A DNA stretch of 32,000 nucleotides from Haloquadratum walsbyi C23 (GTDB lineage Archaea; Halobacteriota; Halobacteria; Halobacteriales; Haloferacaceae), in NCBI RefSeq assembly GCF_000237865.1, contig NC_017459.1, forward strand, positions 2,730,001 to 2,762,000, read 5' to 3'. The notes under the pieces were generated by a model. It was not told the origin of the DNA, searched no databases, and was given only the letters and a program-made list of their open reading frames with translations. Below, one piece after another: positions 26,309 through 32,000 of this stretch. Numbering within the stretch: the first letter of the stretch is position 1; every line of letters starts with the position of its first letter. Position numbers and translations under genes: made by a program.

Positions 26309-27667
26309 ATGGATACGGAGTCAGATACAGACCAAACTCAACCACAGGATATCACACTGTCATTTCCTGATGCAGAGACTGTTGAGGCTGCGCTTCCAAC
26401 CCGCGAAATACCGAGTTTCGCGACAGTCGAATCCCATCCTGAAACGCCTGTTGAAAGCGATATTATCAAAGCGACTCAATATGCTGTTAATAATCTTTCC
26501 GGACCACTGTCATCTGTCCCCGCTGGTGGGACAATCGCTGTTGGTCTCGGAAGTCGTGGTATTCATGACATTCAGACAGTTGCTCAAGTTACCATCGATG
26601 AACTCATTAGTCGCGGGTATAATCCGGTTGTGATTCCGGCAATGGGCAGTCATGGTGGGGCAACACCAGCAGGACAGCGACAGACACTTGAAGAAATTGG
26701 TCTGAACGAGGAAACACTTGGATGCTCGATTGACGCAGGAATGGAAACAACCGTCCTAGGTGAGACAACGCGTGGTCACAATATTTCATTTGCACAGTCT
26801 GCAATTGATGCAGATGGAATCATCGTAATTAATCGGATAAAACCACATACCAACTTCACCGGTTACATTGAAAGTGGATTATCTAAGATGCTTACTGTTG
26901 GTCTTGGCAAACAAGCAGGTGCACGCACGTTTCATGAGACGGCACTGACGAACGGATACGTCGATACGATTGAACGTGCTCTTGAGATAATTTGTGATAC
27001 TGTAAGGGTGATCGGTGGTATTGGTATCGTTGAAAATTTTCACGAACAAACCGCTCATATCGATGGGATTCCAGCAGATAAGCTCCCAGAGGCTGAAACA
27101 TCTCTTCTCACCCGTGCGGAATCATACCTTCCGACACTCCCATTTGATGATCTTGATGTTCTTATTATCGAAAAAATTGGCAAAGACATCTCAGGTGCAG
27201 GAATGGACACAAATGTTGTTGGACGATATCGAGTGCTGAATGCTGATAACCCTGATACACCAGCAATTAGTCGAATTGTTGTACTTGGATTAACTGAGAC
27301 AACTCATGGTAACGGGCAAGGTATCGGATTAGCAGATATTACGACCGCTAATGTTGTCAGCGAACTTGATTTTGAGCAAACATATACGAATGCATTGACA
27401 AGTGCATCAGTGTCAAAAGCTCACCTTCCACTTGTGATGCCTTCTGAGCGACATGCAATCCAAGCAGCCCTCGGCACTATTGGTCAGTATGATCCACAGA
27501 CAGCACGCATTGCTTGGATTAGCGATACATCACAACTATCACAGTTTCATCTCTCGACCGGACTGCTCCCGGGTATTGAAGCAACTGACAGTCTCACAAT
27601 TAAACAACGGATGGAACTTTGCTTCACCGATGATATCGCTCGATTTGATCCACTCACTGATAGTTAA
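26309..27667 (+). CDS. conserved uncharacterised protein (LarA-N/DUF2088- or DUF362-like); function unknown
   Basis: About 452 aa, acidic and continuous with no frame problems. Motifs GLGSRGI, PAMGSHGG and NRIKPHTNF remind me of DUF362/lactate-racemase-N-like families, but I cannot discriminate between them by eye. Confidence 0.7.
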   Translation: MDTESDTDQTQPQDITLSFPDAETVEAALPTREIPSFATVESHPETPVESDIIKATQYAVNNLSGPLSSVPAGGTIAVGLGSRGIHDIQTVAQVTIDELISRGYNPVVIPAMGSHGGATPAGQRQTLEEIGLNEETLGCSIDAGMETTVLGETTRGHNISFAQSAIDADGIIVINRIKPHTNFTGYIESGLSKMLTVGLGKQAGARTFHETALTNGYVDTIERALEIICDTVRVIGGIGIVENFHEQTAHIDGIPADKLPEAETSLLTRAESYLPTLPFDDLDVLIIEKIGKDISGAGMDTNVVGRYRVLNADNPDTPAISRIVVLGLTETTHGNGQGIGLADITTANVVSELDFEQTYTNALTSASVSKAHLPLVMPSERHAIQAALGTIGQYDPQTARIAWISDTSQLSQFHLSTGLLPGIEATDSLTIKQRMELCFTDDIARFDPLTDS

Positions 27668-27686
27668 TTTTTCATCATACTACAGT

Positions 27687-27786
27687 CACTCCCACTCGAG
27701 AGCGACCATTGTTCGAGTCAGCGCCACAATCGTCCAATGGGGTGCACGACATATCGTCTAATAAATAGTGACGGCCGTATCCATAC
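27687..27786 (+). repeat. intergenic repeat family R, partial copy R5 (right-hand part only)
   Basis: CACTCCCACTCGAGAGC...ATTGTTCGAGT...GTGCACGACATAT...GTGACGGCCGTATCCA parallels C1's CACTCACACTCGAAGC...ATTGTCGAGT...GTGCACGATAT...TTGACGGCGCGCATCCA in the same order and orientation. Confidence 0.55.
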
Positions 27787-27909
27787 AATACTATACCCAA
27801 CAGATGCACATCACAATCGTGTCTAGTTAATGTTATTTGACACATAGTGAAGAATCACTCCAATCGCATAGAGCGGAAAATTCAATCATATCGCGAATGA
27901 GTATATCAT

Positions 27910-28437
27910 ATGTATGCTGTCGTTGGTTGTACTGATTGCAGTGCAATGTGGTTATTAAGCGATGCACACACGGCAGAATCAGCAACCTGCCCACGATGTG
28001 GGCGCACTCATCAGACAAAGAAGCTCCGGCACTTTGTTGAGGAATCTGACCGGGAGGCTGCTCGGCAGGCACGATCAGCATTACTCGCCAAACGTGATGG
28101 AAACAGTGCAGCATTTGCCGATACAGCACATGTCGCAAAGATGGAACGGACACTGGCTGATGATAGCCAGCAGGTGAGTGATAATGAGTATCTTTCTGGT
28201 GTCGGAATCAATCCTGACGCGGTTGAAAACGCAGCCCAATCAGATGATGCAACCCGACAAAGTCGCCCCGAAATCATCCGTTCTGCAATCTCATCACAGG
28301 ATGCCCCTACCGAAGAAGATATTATTTCATATGCAACGGACCGTGGTGTCCCGACTGACGCGGCTCGCGAACTTCTTGAAAAACTCATCCGTCAAGGCAA
28401 TCTCACAGAGTCTCATGGCACGTATCGCCTCTTATAG
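27910..28437 (+). CDS. zinc-ribbon plus winged-helix-like protein, conserved haloarchaeal type; function unknown
   Basis: N-terminal C-x2-C...C-x2-C (GCTDCSAMW...ATCPRCGRTH), an acidic linker, and a C-terminal helical module (EEDIISYATDRGVPTDAARELLEKLIRQGNL). Confidence 0.7.
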   Translation: MYAVVGCTDCSAMWLLSDAHTAESATCPRCGRTHQTKKLRHFVEESDREAARQARSALLAKRDGNSAAFADTAHVAKMERTLADDSQQVSDNEYLSGVGINPDAVENAAQSDDATRQSRPEIIRSAISSQDAPTEEDIISYATDRGVPTDAARELLEKLIRQGNLTESHGTYRLL

Positions 28438-28549
28438 CCAACTTCGATAGAGATAGAAACAGAGACAAAAGTGAACTACCTCAGGGATAATTCCAGAGGC
28501 ACTCGCCTTGTCCCGTCTGTAGAGATAGCTGAATACGTCACTCTGGCAG

Positions 28550-29770
28550 CTATTCTCGACCCAGGTCTGCATGTGCAGTCGAGAGATTTCTTGATGCAAG
28601 CGCTGACAATAATGAGAGTTCGCCCGCAAGCGCTCCTGTCGCGATACATTCAGCAAGACCATCAGCGTTTGATCCTGGCGGTGTTCCTCCGCCTCGAATT
28701 CCAAGCATATCGAGTGCTTCTGCTTGTGCTGGAAGAGTGGTTCCGCCACCGACTGTCCCGACTTCAAGTGAGGCAATTGACACCGACATATAGAGATCAT
28801 TCTCCCTGACCTCCGCGGTTGTAATCGCATTCGCCCCTTCAACAACTTGTGCTTCATCCTGTCCGGTCGCAATAAACATCGCAGCAACAACGTTCGCAAC
28901 ATGTGCGTTGAATCCAAGACTTCCTGCTTTTGCAGACCCAATCAGGTTTTTTCGAGTGTTCAACTCAGCAACCGCGCTTGGTGTTGTGTGTAGACGATCT
29001 ACAACAGTCTCTCGCGGAATTGTCACATCAGCGGTCACCGTTCGTCCCCGTCCTTCGACAGCGTTGATCGCGGCGGGTTTTTTATCAGTGCAAAGATTTC
29101 CTGAGAGCGCAATAAGCTCAGCGTCAGTCTCTTTCTCAACAACCTCACAGGCTGCCTCAGTGGCGATAGTTGCCATGTTCATGCCCATTGCGTCTTTTGT
29201 GTCATATCGGAATCGAAGATACACTGACCGTCCAACAGCGTATGGTGTAACCGATTCAAGCTCACCGTGATTTGTTGTCTCCTCTGCTGCATCTCGAAGT
29301 GAATCAATATTATCACGAACCCATTCAACCAATGCCTTCGCAGTCACAACGTTATCAACTCGAAATACTGGAGCCCGAGACATTCCAGATTTCATTACAC
29401 GGGCAACTGCCCCACCAGCAGCTGAGAGAACAGTGCACCCACGATTAACACTTGCAAGGAGCGCTCCTTCTGTTGTTGCAAGCGGTAAGTACCGCTTGCC
29501 GGTGAGTGCCCCACCATTTACTATGACAGGCCCGGCAACACCAATAGGGATGTCAATTGTTCCAATCATGTTCTCGATATTCGCTGTTGCCTCTGCAGCG
29601 GGGAATCCATAGTCAGATACCGCATCAAGCGCTATATCTGCCTGCTCTTCAACGATGAGTCGCCGTGCAGCAGCTGCAGTATCTGCATCGACATCGTCTA
29701 TATCCGTGAGCTCATGTAACCGGCGTTCGCCTGTCTGGACCGAATTGGCGAGTGTCATTGGGTCTGGCAT
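28550..29770 (-). CDS. hmgA: 3-hydroxy-3-methylglutaryl-CoA reductase, class I (soluble archaeal form)
   Basis: Contains EGRGR, TKDAMGMNMAT and EVGTVGGGT. The track start at 29812 is GTG. In-frame ATGs at 29770 (MPDPMTLANS...) and 29758 are the more likely starts. Confidence 0.93.
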   Translation of the reverse strand: MPDPMTLANSVQTGERRLHELTDIDDVDADTAAAARRLIVEEQADIALDAVSDYGFPAAEATANIENMIGTIDIPIGVAGPVIVNGGALTGKRYLPLATTEGALLASVNRGCTVLSAAGGAVARVMKSGMSRAPVFRVDNVVTAKALVEWVRDNIDSLRDAAEETTNHGELESVTPYAVGRSVYLRFRYDTKDAMGMNMATIATEAACEVVEKETDAELIALSGNLCTDKKPAAINAVEGRGRTVTADVTIPRETVVDRLHTTPSAVAELNTRKNLIGSAKAGSLGFNAHVANVVAAMFIATGQDEAQVVEGANAITTAEVRENDLYMSVSIASLEVGTVGGGTTLPAQAEALDMLGIRGGGTPPGSNADGLAECIATGALAGELSLLSALASRNLSTAHADLGRE

Positions 29771-29938
29771 ACCCGACTTTTTGTACCCGTTTAGATTAAC
29801 GTTTGCAAGCACACGCCGGTATGAAGGCTAGGATTCTGATTGCGATCGTCTCAATAACGCTGGGAGAGGTCGGATGTGTCTTTTTCTATCATACAAGTAT
29901 TAATTAACATCCTCAATCCTCGAATTATAAAGATCATC

Positions 29939-29966
29939 AGAAATCACGTATCATACGTTGATTTCT
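29939..29966. promoter_or_regulatory. imperfect 28-nt palindrome in the divergent hmgA/nadA spacer (candidate operator)
   Basis: AGAAATCA-CGTAT-C-ATACG-T-TGATTTCT has 8-bp outer arms and 5-bp inner arms that are exact complements, with one extra T. Confidence 0.3.
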
Positions 29967-30129
29967 TTCTAGCTCAGATACAATGATTATAATCGTCAAT
30001 ACGAATCTATACATATATTATTTTGTATGAATACTGTAAGTAGAGATACTATATTCCAATCACGCTTTGAAGAAAAATCTTTTTCAGTATAGCACCATGA
30101 AGTGCAATTACGTCTAAATAATAAATACG

Positions 30130-31281
30130 ATGGCAGAATTAGAAACCGCAGGATTTGAATCAGACCTCAGCTTGTTCAAATACGATAATCTTGAGCAGCT
30201 ACCAGAGTCGTATCGCACTCTCACAGAGTCAGAACGCACTGATCGGATCACAGCAGCGCTTGGAGAGCTCGGTGATGATGTTATTATTCTTGGACATAAT
30301 TATCAGCGCCGAGAAATTGTCGAGCATGCAGATTTTATTGGGGACTCATATGAGTTATCAAAGCGAGCAGCCGAGTCTGACGCTTCATATGTTGTATTTG
30401 CAGGTGTCACATTTATGGCTGAAAGTGCAGATATTATTACAGACCCTGATCAAACCGTTCTACTTCCTTCAATGGAGGCTTCCTGTCCAATGGCAGGGAT
30501 GGCTGAAGCACTTCAAGTCGATGCCGCCTGGGAGCAAATTGAGAATGCGACTGATAATCGCAATATCATTCCAGTGACGTATATGAACTCATACGCCGAT
30601 CTAAAGGCATTTTGCGCTGAACAAGGCGGACTTGTTTGTACCTCTTCAAATGCGAGTGATGCATTCAATTGGGCGTTTGAGCGCGGAGATGCTGTTTTAT
30701 TCCTTCCAGATAAATTCCTTGGACGAAACACAGCCGCAGAATTAGGATATGATGTTGATTCACCAACTGGGACAGATGCAGTCGCTGAGTGGGATCCGTG
30801 GGATCCTGCAGGCCCGGATGCGAGTGATGTTTCCGATGCTGAGATTATTCTCTGGGATGGCTATTGTCAGGTTCATGAACGCTTCCGTGTTAAACATATC
30901 AAATCAATTCGGGAAAGTCACGATGCGAACGTCGTTGTTCATCCTGAATGTCGACGCGACGTTGTCCGTGCTGCTGACGTTGTTGGTTCAACAAGTCAAA
31001 TATGCGATACGATTGCAAACGCTGAGCCCGGAGAAACGTGGGCAATTGGAACGGAGGTTCACCTCGCGAATCACCTCCAACGATGGCATCCCGATGTTGA
31101 GGTAGTCCCACTTTGTGGAGATGCATGTATGGACTGCAATGCCATGCGACAGATCGACCCAAATTACTTGACATGGTTACTTGAGTCACTCGCAGACGGC
31201 GAGGTTCACAATGCCGTTGAGGTGGCGCCACAAGAGCGGGATCGGGCAGCAACAGCACTTGATCGAATGCTTGAATTATAA
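30130..31281 (+). CDS. nadA: quinolinate synthase
   Basis: 383 aa. IILGHNYQR, FMAESA, VVHPEC and the cysteine-rich CGDACMDCNAMR region are consistent with NadA. Confidence 0.92.
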   Translation: MAELETAGFESDLSLFKYDNLEQLPESYRTLTESERTDRITAALGELGDDVIILGHNYQRREIVEHADFIGDSYELSKRAAESDASYVVFAGVTFMAESADIITDPDQTVLLPSMEASCPMAGMAEALQVDAAWEQIENATDNRNIIPVTYMNSYADLKAFCAEQGGLVCTSSNASDAFNWAFERGDAVLFLPDKFLGRNTAAELGYDVDSPTGTDAVAEWDPWDPAGPDASDVSDAEIILWDGYCQVHERFRVKHIKSIRESHDANVVVHPECRRDVVRAADVVGSTSQICDTIANAEPGETWAIGTEVHLANHLQRWHPDVEVVPLCGDACMDCNAMRQIDPNYLTWLLESLADGEVHNAVEVAPQERDRAATALDRMLEL

Positions 31282-31294
31282 TATATTTCGAAAC

Positions 31295-32000
31295 ATGAGT
31301 TTTTCAAACCAAACAGATGTTCTGGTGATTGGCTCCGGTATTGCAGGATGTGCAGCAGCACTCACAGCCGCTCGAAATGGTGCATCAGTCACAGTTGTCA
31401 CAAAAGCAACCGAGCCGAGCGATGCCTCAACTGATTGGGCACAAGGAGGTATTGCTGTCACTGGGAATGACCCAGAATCATTCCGAAAGGATATCATCGA
31501 GGCAAGTGCCGGTGAAGCTCAGCCGGAAGCTGTTGATGCTCTTGTGAATAACGCACGTGATGTTGTTGATGATATCCTCATCAACACGCTTGAAATACCA
31601 TTTGATGGGGCTACTCCGACAGCGCCACTCGATGCATATGACCGTGGTCGTGAGGCTGCACACTCAGAACGGCGAATCCTCCATGTCGATACCACCACCG
31701 GCGAGCATATTCTTCGTCCATTTCTCGCTCAGCTGAAATCAGACAATCGCATCGAATTCGTTGATGATGCGATGGCGCTTGAACTCCTGACACATGAAGG
31801 GCGTGTGCATGGGGTCTCAGTTCTACGTGATGATTCTGTCACGTCCGTCTTTGGTGGTGCAACTATCATCGCAACAGGCGGCATTGGTGCATGTTATGAA
31901 ACGAGCACGAATCCTGGGGGTGCAACCGGCGACGGAATTGCGATGGCTGCCCTCGCTGGTGCACGAATTGCTGATATGCAGTACGTTCAATTCCATCCGA
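31295..32000 (+). CDS. nadB: L-aspartate oxidase (5' part; runs off the window)
   Basis: This ORF is missing from the track because it has no stop inside the window. The ATG at 31295 gives MSFSNQTDVLVIGSGIAGCAAALTAARNGASVTVVTKATEPSDASTDWAQGGIAV... (FAD dinucleotide-binding fold). It starts 14 nt after nadA. Confidence 0.88.
   Translation, partial: MSFSNQTDVLVIGSGIAGCAAALTAARNGASVTVVTKATEPSDASTDWAQGGIAVTGNDPESFRKDIIEASAGEAQPEAVDALVNNARDVVDDILINTLEIPFDGATPTAPLDAYDRGREAAHSERRILHVDTTTGEHILRPFLAQLKSDNRIEFVDDAMALELLTHEGRVHGVSVLRDDSVTSVFGGATIIATGGIGACYETSTNPGGATGDGIAMAALAGARIADMQYVQFHP

Noticed and set aside
28432-29270. ORFs 28432..28941 (-), 28471..28809 (+) and 28908..29270 (+) overlapping hmgA.
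   Set aside because: They are off-frame or antisense shadows of the HMG-CoA reductase gene, and their translations are basic and low complexity.
1-32000. CRISPR arrays, rRNA genes, integrase or transposase genes, and toxin-antitoxin or restriction-type defence operons.
   Set aside because: I saw no regularly spaced direct repeats, no rRNA-like conserved stretches, and no ORF with recombinase, transposase, nuclease or methylase signatures. The mobile DNA present is all non-autonomous.

Overview
This window looks like a housekeeping-rich chromosomal segment of a haloarchaeon. The predicted proteins are strongly acidic, and they include a Tat-signal Rieske protein, a SAMP1-type ubiquitin-like modifier ending in GG, and a class I HMG-CoA reductase. 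G+C and coding density are low for that group, which fits Haloquadratum walsbyi or a close relative; that assignment is inference from composition only. About 27 CDS are well supported: beta-RFAP synthase-like, cupin, guaA subunit B, pyrG, ppc, Rieske protein, samp1, Usp/HPP, nucleoside phosphorylase, Gfo/Idh/MocA oxidoreductase, sulfatase-like protein, deoC, CDF transporter, HIT protein, map, PPP phosphoesterase, DsbA-like protein, icd, hmgA, nadA and partial nadB. I found no rRNA, no convincing tRNA, no CRISPR array and no recognisable defence or secretion operon. The unexplained content is in the long intergenic spacers. (1) A non-coding repeat family with a hairpin near one end occurs at five or more intergenic loci: 13.5-14.07 kb, 17.9-18.5 kb, 20.5-20.66 kb, 23.78-24.05 kb and 27.69-27.79 kb. 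Two copies are about 90% identical over a gap-free 106-nt core. All three long copies share a 38-nt hairpin near one end, and its inner stem differs between copies. The longest copy carries a roughly 340-nt stretch that is far more GC-rich than its surroundings and full of hairpins. (2) One copy holds a nested 260-bp MITE with 14-bp terminal inverted repeats resembling Tn5/IS50 ends and a perfect 10-bp target duplication; a sister copy serves as the empty site. (3) A separate 40-55 nt motif is duplicated just downstream of two minus-strand genes. (4) An HPP-Usp membrane protein gene appears split by one TAG and one frameshift. My best guess for the repeat family is a PATE/MITE-like non-autonomous element of the IS200/IS605 type, possibly still encoding a structured RNA. 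This is unproven, and no transposase gene lies in the window.
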